The notes: generated from the sequence alone by a model not told the origin. Counted from the stretch's first letter, positions 28,901 to 43,077 are shown. The stretch: 64,000 nt of DNA from Eledone cirrhosa (GCA_964016885.1 OZ024741.1:208320001-208384000), one strand, 5' to 3'. A program made the numbers and translations.

Positions 28901-29297
28901 AGTTGACGTTTTTGGTGTTTTTGTCCATGGTAATACTAAGGTTAAAGTTTTTGAATGTTTTGTGCAATAGTTTTCTAGTCCTTTCTATATTGAATTTTTT
29001 ATAGTCTATAAGTAGAAGTGCATCGTCGCGATACAAACCACCGCTGAGGTACGGAAGTTCCCTGTGGATTAGGTTAAGTAAGTATAGGCCAACCAAATCA
29101 GTGACCTGCGCCGAGTCACTAGACCCCATAGTAATGTCGAAGTTGTTTTGCGTATCCTTGCGGGTCCATAATTGGTCCTCAAAGGTGATTATTGTTTTAC
29201 GGGCCGCAAGTATGACATCAATCTGGGGTCTAGTCAAGTCACTATTGTCCATGGCCATTATAAGTGCCTTATTTAGTAGGATAGGGGATAAAAGCAA
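25982..29297 (-). mobile_element. 5'-truncated Naiad PLE with 1.6-kb 3' UTR
   Basis: MGSSDSAQVTDLVG, LYRDDAL, NFLDATL, FFNPPF; frameshifted GIY-YIG about 27620-28050 (CNCRSSRTCPL..YIGSTS); terminal HHR. Confidence 0.9.
26021..26069 (-). ncRNA. type-I hammerhead ribozyme, U4C core
   Basis: Minus strand: ttgct CCGAAGA a-tccaaacc-tc-ggtttgga-g GAAAC aatt GTA agcaa, then AATAAA. Confidence 0.8.
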
Positions 29298-29475
29298 AGA
29301 AGGGGTGAGAAGGAAGAAAAGAAAAGATAGCCAAGAAGGGGGAAGGAAGGAAGAAGACGAAGAAATAGAAGAGGAATGAGGGAGAAGAAGGGGATATATG
29401 TATTGGTTTTGTGGGTCTAGATATAAGAGGGTATAAAGTCTAAGTATATGCAGTTTGTCAGCTGGTAGTAAGAGG

Positions 29476-31832
29476 TTAAGGGTTCGATTTGTAGTGCGAA
29501 AATTTCTCTTTGAGTCTATGGTTACAATAAATTGATCTCTCAATTTTATTGTTGAGTAACCTATTCTTCGAACTTAAGATGTGGAACAGCTCAAGGTCGC
29601 ATAATCGACAGCTTCTCATACCACTCCGATATGGGGGCGCGTTCGATAATTTGTTCCACTTCAGGGTGTATTGATGGTTACTTTCCCTCAGTTGCCAGGT
29701 CTTGTTTGCAAGGGTAGTTACATAACGGTGCTGGGAATGTTTCATTGCGTAACGGTGTGTATACCAACGAGCTTTAAAAGTATTCCCAGTCGCTCCGATG
29801 TAATACCATTTCTGGTTGTCTGATTCCACTGTGCATTGGTAAACCAGGTTAGACTGCATACATTCATTTTGTAATGGACAGGTTTCAAGTAGGTGGCAGT
29901 TACATTTCTTGTTATGGGCAACTTTGGCATTATTTGTGGGCTGCGATGCCTGAACAAGTGTGTTACGTTTTGTTTGCCAATAAGCGGGTGGTTGTGTATT
30001 AGATATTCTGTTGTGTTCGGTGGTAATTGTATTGTTATTGTTGTAAATTTGTGTTTGGGTGTTGTTATGTATCTTTTTAGCGTTAAGCATCTTAATGTGT
30101 GCTTCTATATTTGGTGCCGTGGAGTAGGATAGTCTAATAGATTTAGTGTTAAGGATTTTGCTGTATCTATGTGAATCTGGAAAGTGCCTATTTATTATTC
30201 TAAAGAAAGTAGAGGGTAGGTTAGTACTAATAGAGGTGTTAAATATGGGGTTATACCAAATATATTTTCTACTGCGTGACTTGTTTGATTTCGATGTTGT
30301 ATTTCTATTTGCCGTATACTTTGCAGTTCTATGCGTAAATGTGTCTATGCGTGTGTTTCTGGAGTTTGTGTTATGCGTGTTCGTGTGTGCTTCACAGAGG
30401 CTTTCATCTATATATTCTACTCTATCTCAGTGGCCTGCCTTGTCTAATGCGGTATTGTAGTATTCTGCATGTTCTTCGAAGATTTGCCGGTTAGATGAGA
30501 GGCGGGAGATCCTAAGGGATATGCTGCGTGGAATGGATTTAATTATTGATAGTGGGTGGTTTGAGTTACAGTTGATGTATGCTAAGTTTTCATTAATCTT
30601 GTGAAAAGGTCTTATAAGTCCCGTATTTAGGTTAAGCGTCACATCTAGAAAGTTAACTGTTTTAGTGCTATACTCATACGTTATGCTAAGGTCTAGTTTT
30701 CCGAGAGTCTTTCTAATATTCTTACGGAGTCTTTCTATGCTCTGGTTATTTAGGTTCTTAACTAGGAGAAGGGCGTCGTCTCTGTAGATTCCACCGTGAA
30801 GGTCGCTAAACTCACTTTGTAAACCATGGGCTATGTAAATACCTACTAAGTCTGTGACTTGAGCCGAGTCGTTAGCCCCCATCGTGATGTCAAAGTTATT
30901 TAATCTATCCTTACGTTCCCAATAGGCGTTTTCAAATTTAATTATTGTTTTCCTAGCAGCTAATATGATTTTTATCTCGTCGTCTGTTATGTCAGAATTG
31001 GCTTTGGCGAATGCTAAGGCTTTATCCAAGGTGTTGGGGGATATAGATGAGTAATAATCGTTAATGTCAAATTGTATAAATTTAGATACTTCTTTGTTAG
31101 CTATATTGTTAAACCATTTATTGTTTCTGTAGCGTTACCCCATAATTTAATCACTAGTTTATTCTTCATTTGTGCTATCACTCTGTCTAATATATGTTTA
31201 CTAATTTTCCCGATGTCCGATTTGGATGGGCATATAAGTCTAATAGTGGGGTTATAATCAAAATTTACCTTGTGGTCTTTGAGGTTAAATGTGGGGGTAC
31301 ATGGCTTAAGTGGCTCCGTTCTATCGTCTATTCCTAGGTGTTTGACTATATTGTGTGCCTCGTTGTTGATGTTTATCAGTGCCGCCTCATTTGTTTTTTT
31401 GTATTTCCTATGTAATTCTTTCCGTATGAAGCTGTTGTATGTATTAACATCCATCGTATACACATTTGATGTTTTGTCCGCTTTGACAATAATTCCATTG
31501 GTGGTTCGCAGCTTTTTGATGAATGTATTTATGTCATTCTGGAGTTTATTATTCCTCTGCTTTTTGAATTTGATATTTATAATCATCTTCAGTAAGTCCT
31601 GTTCAAAGGCATCCAGTTGAGGGTTGGTAGGTGGGTTTTTACACGATTTGAAGCCGTATGTTTCTTTGTTATATTCCACGGTGCGACCATTACGTCCTTT
31701 GTCGAAATGGAAAGTTTTCCATCTAACTCTGCGTATAAAGTCATTTGTTCGCTGTATCATCCCGAGAGTATAATCCTTTCTCCGAGGTATAGGATTGTTC
31801 TTTAGGGACATACCTATGTAATGCTTTTCCAT
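29476..31832 (-). pseudogene. full-length but frameshifted Naiad RT-GIY-YIG polyprotein
   Basis: ORF pieces 31101-31832 ([24 protein letters not shown]), 30427-31029 (IYRDD), 29476-30090 (CNC..CPL..YIGATGNTFK..CRLC). Confidence 0.92.
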
Positions 31833-31841
31833 AGTAGTACC

Positions 31842-32410
<569 letters not shown>

Positions 32411-32422
32411 TATATATATATA

Positions 32423-32640
32423 TAGTAATAATAATAAATGTGAATACTAAAATCCCAAGAGAGCTCGATAAGGATAAATATATAAGAACCCTAAGCCCAG
32501 AGAAAATATCGTCTTCCTGTTTTCCTTCGGTTGCAACGTTTTTCGAAATATTTAATTCTGCGTTCACAGATTGATTTTTTTAGTTCCAGAAGATCCCGTT
32601 AAGCGATTGTTTGCTTAAACTTTAATCTGTTATTTTAATA
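32423..32640. mobile_element. inverted micro-insertion of the 16.7-20.3 kb Naiad family termini
   Basis: 32423-32490 matches 19830-19908; 32505-32640 is the inverse of 19922-20066. Confidence 0.8.
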
Positions 32641-32651
32641 TATATATATAT

Positions 32652-32833
32652 AAGTTATTCCGGGTTGAATCGGAGGTAACCACAGTAAGTAACGTACTCA
32701 ATACATCGCAGAGTATAAAAGTTTTAATATAGAAGAGCTTCTACAGAACTAGAACTGTTTCATTCCTGTGAAATCATCAGGAAGCTTCTGATGATTTCTT
32801 ACAAATAAAACAGTTCTAGTCCTGTAGAAGCTC

Positions 32834-32838
<5 letters not shown>
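32652..32838. mobile_element. palindromic double-HHR micro-element
   Basis: 32730-32838 palindrome; minus-strand HHR 32737-32785: gcttc CTGATGA t-ttc-acag-gaa-t GAAAC ag-ttctagtt-ct GTA gaagc. Confidence 0.8.
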
Positions 32839-32891
<53 letters not shown>

Positions 32892-34019
32892 CATGTCCTC
32901 AATGTGCAATATGCTGTGGAAAGCACCTAGGTGGCTGGGTTAATGCAGAATGTAGGCGCGCAGAGCTGGAAATATTCATTAGTTAAGCAAAACAAGACCA
33001 CAAATTTCACAAGGAAGACATTATTAAAAGATTGTCAACATATTTTAGTTTGATGTAAGGAATGTAGAGAATAATAATAATAATATTAATAATAATAATG
33101 TCCGTTTACAATTGTTTCGCTACTACATATAATATTTCTGGATCAATTGATTATATATCATTATTGATCTGGTTCAGTTGAAAATAATTAACATAATTAA
33201 AGATAGAGCGGCTCATCGGAACTTTCAAGGAATATAAATTAAAATAAGGAAAGTATGTTACATAATGTAATGTTCCATATATTGGTATTTCACTATGGTG
33301 TCCTGGGTGTATCAATTGTCTGCCATAATCAAGCAGTATTCTTCTGTCGAGGCTGCATTGTGTGAGACCTTCCTATGGGTAACAAGATAGCCGCCAATGG
33401 ACATATTTACCTTACTAATTAGACCGTCGTTTCAGGGGATGTAACTCCTCGAGAGATTAGAAATTGTGGGCAGTTTATAGTTAAGTGCTATTTTTTTTAT
33501 TTTTTAATTGAGAGACAATGTAGGGGAGGTAACTTATAATTATATAAGTTAGTTATAACTATTTAACTTATTAACTACAAGTAAAAATGGGGCTAGATGA
33601 CTATGTTGTGTCAAATATTCTGTTGGCGAAGGAATTAGCCCTTCGATGTTGACAGCTAATAATTACCTCCGTTCTATCGTTAATCGGTAGAGGTCGTGAT
33701 AGAGTTATGTAATATGCTTCCGTAATACAGAGATCACAAGATTTTCTTCGTCCATTAAACGGTTGGGCCCTAGCTAAGATATCCAATGTTGGTTAATTTA
33801 AGGTTTTTAATGAGCCTAGCTTGAGATGTCGAACATCTGTTGTTAGAGTCTCGGAAGGAAAAAGAGTGCGCGTTATAGCGTACCTTAAAAGGGTTAGAGG
33901 TAGACCCGATATAGGAGCTGGTAGTTGAAGCAGTTTTAACCGTGCACATATAGACTATGTTGGGTGTCAGGCAGTGTCCATTTAGTGGGCATGCATTAGG
34001 GTAACGGCAGTTGCAGTTT

Positions 34020-36176
34020 AAAGATAGCCACCTCTTACATGTTATGTCTGACGAAACTAAAAATCTATACACCATGACTCCTGAAACTTACAACTCTTTC
34101 CTTCTTAAGAAACTTAATAAAAACTTCAAAAACTATACCCTCCAGTGTAAACGTACTTAACCGAAAAGTCCATGCTTTGGTTAAGGACTTGCATCTGGAT
34201 AGATTTACCCACCCTTATGTACCAACAACCCCAAGGTTCTCTCTCAAGGATCATAAGCCAAACTTTATAGAGAACCCATCTATTAGACTTATAAGCTCAA
34301 CCACATCCGACCTGGGTCGTATCAGTAAGAACATCCTTGATAGGATCATCCCTGGGCTACGGGATGATATCACCTACAAGTTGTGGTCCAACACCGGCCA
34401 AGTCATCAGATGGTTCTCCGATCTAAGGTCCAAGCAATCTATGAGGTTCATCCAATTTGACATTGACAGCTATTATGCTTCAATAACCCAGGAACTGCTC
34501 AACAAAGCATTAACCCTAGCCAGCACCAACTCGGATATAACCAATAATGAGATTGACATCATACTTATGGCTAGGCAGACGATCATTGAATTCAACGGAG
34601 CACTCTGGACTAGAAAGACAGAACAGACAACTTTGACATCACGATGGGCTCAAGTGACTCTGCGCAAATCACCGATTTAGTTGGAATTTACCTATTACAT
34701 AACATCAGAGCCGAAATCCAACCCTTGCAAGGCGGATTATACTGGGACGACGCCCTATTTGCAGTCCACAATAGCCCTAATCGGGGCATTGATTTGCTCA
34801 AAAAACAATTACATAGATTCTTTAAAAATAACGGTCTCTCTATCACCATCGAGCCGAACCATAAAGTAGTCAACTTCCTAGACGTCACCCTGGATCTTAA
34901 CAATAACCTGTATTACCCTTACCATAAACCAGGTGAAATACTTACATATATTAGCCCACACTCTAACCACCCACCGGCAGTCATCAGAGCAGTAATCAAA
35001 TCTATCTCGTATAGGATCTCCATGCTATCAGCAAATGAGGAGATATTTATAAACCATGCACCATATTATAAGGCTCTTTCTGAATCTTGTTATGAACAAT
35101 CCATTTACTACATACCTAAATGCCATAACACAGCAATTCACCATAATAAACTTAACACTAGAACTAGAAATACCTTAGCATATAGCCAGATTCGCCGGAA
35201 TTTTAGCAGCTACAGCACTTATACAGGGAACTTTAATGGTGGCAGCAGCCTGCTCCCCATCCAAGTAGCAAACTAAAAATCAACCCTAGAATAGGAATGA
35301 GCAAATAACAAATGCCCAATAATAATAACCCTAGGAAGGCCCCTACCAACTTCACTAGGACCCCTAGAAGGAATAGGCCTAGAAATATCACCTGGCTTAA
35401 CCCCCCATTCTCATCTAATCTAGCCACTAATATTCCTAAACGCTTTTTCTCTATCCTATCTAACCCCCCCCCCCCCCAACCATAGATATTACAAACTCTT
35501 TAATAAAAATAACAATAAAATCTCATTCTCCACAACACCTAACCTAGCTAGCCACATCGCATTCAGTAACCATCATAAACTAAGACAGTATAACTCCCAT
35601 ACCGCGGTACCACCACCCCTATCAAATACACCACGCCACTACACCAATACTTACTCTAGTAGCACACCTCCCCCATCTAATCCTCTTAACACTGACCAAC
35701 CGCTTAGGTTAAACTACCCTACTCTCACTAGCCGCAGAAGCAACTGCAACTGCCGTTATCCTAATGCATGCCCACTAAATGGACACTGCCTGACACCCAA
35801 CATAGTTTATAGGTGCACGGTTAAAACTGCTTCGAATACCACCTCCTATATCGGGTCTACCTCTAACCCTTTTAAGGTACGCTATAACGCGCACTCTTTT
35901 TCCTTCCGAGACCCTAACAACAGATGTTCGACATCTCTAGCTAGTCTCATTAAAAACCTTAAATTAACCAACATTGAACACTCACTAACATGTGATATCT
36001 TAGCTAGGGCCCAACCGTTCAATGGACGAAGAAAATCTTGTGATCTCTGTATTACGGAAGCATATTACATAACTCTATCACGACCTCTACTGATTAACGA
36101 TAGAACGGAGGTAACTATTAGCTGTCAACATCGAAGGGCTAATTCCTTCGCCAACAGAATATTTGACGCAACATAG
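34020..36176 (+). pseudogene. 5'-truncated, frameshifted Naiad RT-GIY-YIG
   Basis: SLKDHKPNF, IQFDIDSYY, MGSSDSAQITDLVG, LYWDD, WLNPPF, CNCRYPNACPL..YIGSTSNPFK..CDLC. Confidence 0.9.
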
Positions 36177-36554
36177 TCATCTAGCCCCATTTTTACTTGT
36201 AGTTAATAAGTTAAATAGTTATGACTAACTTATATAATTATAAGTTACCTTCCCTTACATTGTCTCTCAATTAAAAAATTTAAAAATTAGCACTTAACTA
36301 TAAACTATCCACAATTTCTAATCTCTCGAGGAGTTATTTCCCATGAAACCACGCTCTAATTAGTAAGGTAAATATGTCCATTGGCGGCCATCTTGTTACC
36401 CATAGGCAGATCTCACACAATGCAGCCTCGACAGAAGAATACTGCTTGATTATGGCAGACAATTGATACACCCAGGACACCATAGTGAAATACCAGTATA
36501 TGGACATTACATTATGTAACATTCTTTCCTTATTTTAATTTATATTCCTTTGAA

Positions 36555-36672
36555 GTTCCGATGAGCCGCTCTATCTTTAATTATGTTAATTATTTTGAAC
36601 TGAACCAGATCAAAATGATATATAATCATTTGATCCAGAAATATTATATTGAGTAGCGAAACAATTGTAAAC
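36555..36672 (+). ncRNA. HHR with U4C core and ~80-nt stem II insertion (inverse copy 33104-33222)
   Basis: gtt CCGATGA gc-cgctc...gagta-gc GAAAC aatt GTA aac. Confidence 0.65.
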
Positions 36673-37412
36673 GGACATTATTATTATTAATATTATTATT
36701 ATTATTCTCTACATTCCTTACATCAAACTAAAATATGTTGACAATCTTTTAATAATGTCTTCCTTGTGAAATTTGTGGTCTTGTTTTTCTTAACTAATGA
36801 ATATATATATATATATATGTATATATATAAATCTGTAATTTTCTGTATGTATGTGTATATGTGTGTGGACAATTTCTAATGAGGGCTCATATATTCTAAA
36901 CCATTCATGCGATTTCTTTGAAATTTTATACAGAGCTTCTCTTTGCACAAAATCTGGACACGATCTACAAAGGCTTTCAAAAATCGATATTGGGGCCTTA
37001 GGAAACATTAAAAAATGTTGGTTATTTGTGTGAATTTTCGTGATTAAGTAAGACAAGAGTTATCTTTCGTAATTCCGCTCATTCGGATTTTAATTTACTC
37101 TTTGTACTTGAAAGAAAGAGACTAACAATATCATTTTGTATATTTCACAACCAGCAATTTCTAACAGATTACTAAGTTAAGTTATAGATTTGACATTGTA
37201 TAATTTATCGTTTCAAGCTTGATGTTCATACATTAAATGATGTCATAATTTTTACAATATTATGCTTAAATTTATCTAAAATTATTTCGCTGGAATAGTG
37301 CCTAAGGCTTTCATGTTTACATAAAGTACGTTTTTCTTCTATGTATTCAAATTTACTTTGTTTATTTTAATGAGCTACATCGAAAGCTACTTGAACTGGC
37401 CAAAGGATGGGT

Positions 37413-38198
37413 TCGCTGTCTTCAAATTGCAAAGCTGTCTAAACGTAATGTTATAACTCTAATGTAATATACACTATTGAGTGCTTAGCAGCACACCGAG
37501 ATTGCATTCGTTAGCTTGGCTGCAACCAGAGCTTCGATGATGCTGTACTAAATTTGGTATTATTATCTCCTAGAATCATCGATTAATTGATTAATTTCAT
37601 TAGACAATTCTATTGATTGATTAATTGTTTATGTTTGTTTGATAACTTCTAGTTGAGTGCTTATTTCGGTTTGTGTAAAGGAATTTTATTCCTTTGTTCC
37701 AAATTTGAATTGACCGCCTAAACCGGGTTACCTCACTTCGGGAAAACCATGTGGCTTCTAGCAGTGCTTACTGCTAGCATTCACACCCGGGCGGACGAGA
37801 ACGAAAAACTTGTTGACGAAGTAAATTCCTTGTTCTATCTTCCAAAAACCATTAACTTGCAGACACCTGCAAATGGATTTTATCGATTTCGGATTTACAG
37901 AAACCTAGCGGAGATATTATATATTATATGTGATGTATATTATATGGTGTATATCATGTGTTGTGTATGATGCCGACGCGGTGGTCCAGGTTAGTCAAAT
38001 GTTTATGCTGAGTTCAGTTTTTTTCGTCGCTATGGTCACTGTGGCCCGTCTATCGGTCGCTGTCTTCAATTTGCAAAGCTGTCTAAACGTAATGTTATAA
38101 CACTAGGGTAATATACCCTTTGAGTGCTTAACTGCACACCGAGATTGAATTCGTTAGCTTCGCTGCAACCAGAGCTTCGATGATGGTGTACTAAATTT
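37413..38198. repeat. ~143-bp direct repeat (37413-37555 and 38057-38198), 644 bp apart
   Basis: tcgctgtcttcaa.ttgcaaagctgtctaaacgtaatgttataac...cttcgatgatg.tgtactaaattt occurs twice. Confidence 0.85.
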
Positions 38199-38243
<45 letters not shown>

Positions 38244-38934
38244 GCACATAGATACGCCCCTACACACAAAAACACGTATGCGCACGCGCGCACAAACACA
38301 CACACTCATACACACACACACATATGAAGGGTAGTGACCTAGAAACATGTTGATTGTTCCTCGATGCTACTGTTGAACAAACGTATGGCGATAGATATCA
38401 AAACACAGGATAGCTGAGTAAGGCCGTTTACTTGTAAACGAATCGAATATTATCATTATTATTCGATATAAGACATATTTATATTTATGTAATCTGCCAT
38501 GCTGGAGCGAGAATCAAATTCTAATTTTGTTTACATATGTATATAAATTTAATTAGAAATTAAACAACACAATATAACTACTCCATTACCAAAGGTTTAT
38601 ATATGTGAGTTACAAAAAGACTAAAATGCTTTTTCATTCATTTCGTTATTTTCGTCCGAAATGATGCTTAATCAAATAAGTAATGTAATTATGACAGCTT
38701 CGTTTGTTAAAGCTGGCTGACGAAGCAGATCGCGAGAGTTCGGTATGCAGAAGAAACAAGATATGTTCCAATACTAAAGAGATATATTTGCATTTGTTTC
38801 TTTGATGTGATTTTGTTTAACTCTTACACTACATTTACCATGTATATTCACTAATGTTTTAGTTTTTAGTATTGTTATACTTCAAATTAGATCCTTCTAA
38901 ATGCATTGCTTTCAACACGTGTCTTGATCCTCTA

Positions 38935-38965
<31 letters not shown>

Positions 38966-40655
38966 TTATCTACACACACATACACTTTCTCTCTCAAATT
39001 AGATGCACGCATACACACACATACACACATACACACATACACACATATGCATCGTAGTGTATGTACCCATGTATGTGCTTATGTCTATAGTTTTAATTAA
39101 ACAGTGTATGTTTATGTTGTGTCTCTTTATATCCCGTAATCCTAGGGCAGAAGTTAAAAGCTGAGACACTTGATTAAGAGGGATTTCTCCTCTAAAGACC
39201 TTCTGTTGTCCAGCTCGGCGGACAATTTTCTTACCACTAATGCCGCTTGTTGTGGAGGTTTTATACACAAGGTAGTGCTGTTGGTATTGGCGTATGTGGT
39301 GTTACCACTGTTGCTGTTGCTGCTGGTGCTGCTTATGATGATGTTGATGATGATGGTGCTGATGGTGGTGGTCTTCGTCGTCGTCATCGCCTCGCCGTAG
39401 TCGTCGTATTGGTGGTGGTTGTGGGGGTGGGGGTTGTGATGACGGCGATGATGATGATAATAAACTCAACGATGATCCTCAAGTGAATGAGGCAACTGCC
39501 ATTTGGTATCTCGACTCACTAGAAATAGCAGTCAAATCTCTCTCGAAACACACCTGTGTAAGGAAAGGACACATTTACTAATGTCGTGCCTTATTTCCTA
39601 CACAGAAAAAGACGAGAAGACGAGATGGTTACGGCTGGAATGTCTTCGATGATACGTCTGCTATACTATAGCTGACATAGGAGTTAAGCAACAACAACTA
39701 AACCAACACACAACATCAAAATCCCAGACAATATCAGTTAGCCATTTTATTTTTCTCCCCAAACATCCTCTCTCTCCCCCTCTCTCTTTCTCGCTCCCCC
39801 TCTCTCTTTCTCTCTCTTTCTCTCTCTCTCTCTCCTCTCCCCTTCCCTTTACCTTTATCAATCTTGACCTCTTTAATCCTAAACAAACCATAAGGATTTC
39901 TATAGAACAACAATGCAGCCAGATAAAATAGATGAGTCAGAAGGGAGCGGTGTAGGGTTGGAGAAGAGGGAGACCTTAACTGGCTTTCTTTCGTAGCAAA
40001 CATCTCACCTCACACACATCTTTCAGTTTCACCTACACCTCACCCATACACACACCTATACTTATACCATTATACACTACATCACAATACCATCCATATC
40101 ACCCAAGCTCTCTTCCAAAACACATATACTCGCGCTCCACTTCCACTCCTTAAACACACAAACACACAGCCACACACAAACTCATGTTCAACGTCTTCCT
40201 CCACTCACACTCATCTGCATCTTCCCCACGGACACCGTAACCACCACGTACACATCAACACCTCGCCATTAACTTTACCACTAAAATCACCATTATCATC
40301 ACCACCGTCACCACAGCCAACAACTTCACCGACATTATCACCATAATCGCCAACACCGCGGACACCATCACCACCGCCATTATCATCATACTCCCCATCA
40401 TCATCATCATCAACACCGGTACTAAGTCATTTTCCGTGTATGTGTGTGGGCGGAATGATTGTGTGTATATATAACACACTCACTTCATGGATAGATAGAT
40501 AGTTGCTAGATTGGAAAAAAAGAATGGAAAAAATCTTATATGAAAACATTCATATAAATAGCTGACTATACACCTACGCAGTTTCCTCCCTGCAAAAAAT
40601 CTGTTTCTTCTTACTCTCACCTATCTTTCTATTTTATCTTCTATCTCTAAGTCTA

Positions 40656-40691
40656 TCTTCTTATGAAGGACAAACGTGCGAAACGTTAAGT
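40656..40691 (+). ncRNA. HHR-like motif with G5U core (second copy 50074-50109, minus strand)
   Basis: tctt CTTATGA aggac-aaac-gtgc GAAAC GTT aag; the other copy is tctt CTTATGA aggac-tagt-gtct GAAAC ATT aaga. Confidence 0.45.
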
Positions 40692-40793
40692 CTCTTTTAC
40701 TACTATATGAAGCATTAAATTAATATATATCATCATTGTACAGTATTGTTCACCTGTGTTGTTGTTTACCCGTTGATCTTTCGCATATATATA

Positions 40794-41293
40794 CAAGGTG
40801 ATTGAAAAGTAATTCCCGATTGAATGCGGAAAGGTACCTCACCATGCTGCAAGTTGAAATCTGGTCAGTTATCAGTATTTGGGTGAATATTGAAGATTTG
40901 ATTTTGCTATTGTTGTTCGTGAATGGCTGAATGCCCACTTTCCTGGGAGATGGGTGTGTTGTCCTGGTCCGCATGAGTGGCGAGCCAGGCCCTGACTTAA
41001 CAACTGCGACCTTTTTCTTTGGGGTTGGTTACTCTACGAAACCAACGACTTTGGAAGAACTTGAAGGGCGAATACGAGAAGTTATGTCTTCCATGCCACA
41101 AGAGTTCCTGGTGTAATCAGTTGATGCGGTTCCCGGGCGGCTTGAGAAGTTGGTGGCAAATGCTAGGGCCCATATTGGATTTTAAATAAAGCTCCATGCT
41201 ATATACTTTCTTCTCGTATTCATTTCTTGTAAAAATTATAGTTAAGAAATAAATTATAAGAGTTTTAAAATAGGGAATTACTTATCAATCACC

Positions 41294-41296
<3 letters not shown>
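40794..41296 (+). mobile_element. internally deleted Tc1/mariner-superfamily element
   Basis: TA|caaggtgattgaaaagtaattccc ... gggaattacttatcaatcaccctg|TA TIRs; relic PDLT..FF.WG..YSTKPTTLEELEGRI. Confidence 0.85.
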
Positions 41297-41378
<82 letters not shown>

Positions 41379-41503
41379 CGCGTGCATGTATGTGTGTGGG
41401 GGGGGGGCGTTGAAAACACACGAGAAAAATATAGGAAAAAGAAAACTCCGAAAAGACAAACAAATGGATATTCCCGGTTCATCGGCTGCCATTATAGTTA
41501 TGG

Positions 41504-41694
41504 GGGCAGCGGTGGGTTGGCAGTATCGGTAGAGAGTCGGACGCCATGCTTTGACGCATAGAGTTACAGCCCTCGCCATTCTGAGTTCAAATCCTGCCGA
41601 GGTTAACTTTGCCTTTCATCCTTACGGGGTCGATAAACTAAAGTACCAGTTATGAACTGGATGATTTGCTGGCCTTGTGCCAAAAGTAGAAACA
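41504..41694 (+). mobile_element. tRNA-derived SINE with Nin/Deu-like core
   Basis: A box tggcagtatcgg, B box gagttcaaatcc, core gcctttcatccttacggggtcgataaa..agtaccag; 13-bp TSD attatagttatgg. Confidence 0.9.
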
Positions 41695-43077
41695 ATTATA
41701 GTTATGGATGCTTTTAAAAGACAGCTCTATTCACCAACGGTACATCAATAGTATCCACGGATAGTTATTGGGGATGAAAACACAATGGACGTTGGACAAA
41801 AAAGACATGAAGAAATACCTAAATAGCGATATGGAACAGGAAAATTGCTTCAGAATGAAGGAATGGATTTAATTAATACACGTTAGTCCGAGCAATAGCC
41901 CTAAAACTAAGTATTAATTGGCAAAAGATATGGCAAAAATGAAACAAAAGAATGAAACAAAAGCTTGAAAGGATGTGGTAGGGATCGCAGTATTCAGAAC
42001 TGAAGGAAAGGGAGAAAAAGTTAGATAGATGGATATAGAGGGAGAAATAGAGATAGACGGAGAGAAGAGAAGAAAGTGAGAGATAGTGTCACAGCAGTAG
42101 TAAACTATAGTTTGACTTTAAAATTAGGCTGTGTGGTTACAATGATAATATTATCATTAAAAAAAACACGTGAGAGAAATATAGAAAACAGAAAAGTCTA
42201 AACAGATAAATCCCGCTTATCGTAGAAATGCATTTGTATTTGTCCAGGCTTGAGTAGAAATTGTAAATCAACGTCCTACTATCTGATGAGTGTCTCTTTA
42301 TTGGAAAAGTCTAAAAGAAAGTTCACTGATATAATAAAACCTATATGTTGTACATAAACTTCATTGTAGACGAAACAATGCGCTGTGTATCTGATTCGTT
42401 ACATCTGTATGTAATAACTTGGAGCTGTTTCAATAACTCTCATGTGCATCTGAAGTCATTACACATATTTAAATAGATGTAATTTTCATCTTCCAATTCT
42501 TTCTATATGAATGTTTTTTTGTATATCTTGAAATTAAATATAGATATATAGGACCATGGCGAGACAAAGATTCCCGCCGCGTGTGTTCAACAATGCAAAT
42601 TCGAATTTATTCATTGCTAGGTAGAGGTCAGTTGTATAGCACCCTAACGAATGTTGTTGATGTTCCTGGCTTGACGAGGTTCCAATTCTCCCTCCTACCC
42701 CTTTAACGGATTTATACAACGACGTAAAAACAAGAGTAACTTTAGTGATACACAAAAAAACTCATTTTCCATCTATGTATAACTACCACAAAGTTTTAAA
42801 TAACAATAGTGTTAAACTGAGCTCTTTTTACGTAGACAATGTTACTTCGTAGATTTAAGATATACATCTAATCAGCTCATAGTCGAACGACCAGCCTGTA
42901 ACTGAGGAAGCGACTAACACTACCCACAGAGGATACTGTCTCTGCGAGTGGTGATTCCAAGTACTGTCAGATGATTTTGTTTCCCAACTGTAAGATGTAA
43001 TAGATGACTCCCTAGTCTGCAGTGACTTACTAGTTCTATACGGACGTTTAAGGTGATTTAATAAATAAATATTGAAT

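Larger units (their letters stand above)
32889..36803. mobile_element. Naiad PLE head-to-head inverted insertion (~1.05-kb arms)
   Basis: 32972-34018 is the reverse complement of about 35741-36803; RT region lies between. Confidence 0.92.

Noticed and set aside
28293-29543. 416-aa ORF with a hydrophobic N-terminus as a novel membrane-anchored RT
   Set aside because: The N-terminus is translated pyrimidine-rich 3' UTR of the neighbouring element fused to a truncated RT.
36865-37050. Helitron-like terminal sequence
   Set aside because: Only a vague resemblance; no matching 3' hairpin or CTRR end was identified.
37714-37794. Twister ribozyme (starts CCGCCTAA)
   Set aside because: The conserved opposite-strand GAG loop and the pseudoknot pairings are absent.
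41510-41600. tRNA gene (A and B boxes)
   Set aside because: There is no cloverleaf; it is the tRNA-derived head of a SINE with TSDs.
42278-42395. CTGATGA ... GAAAC possible hammerhead
   Set aside because: I could not build a stem I partner or a convincing stem II closure.
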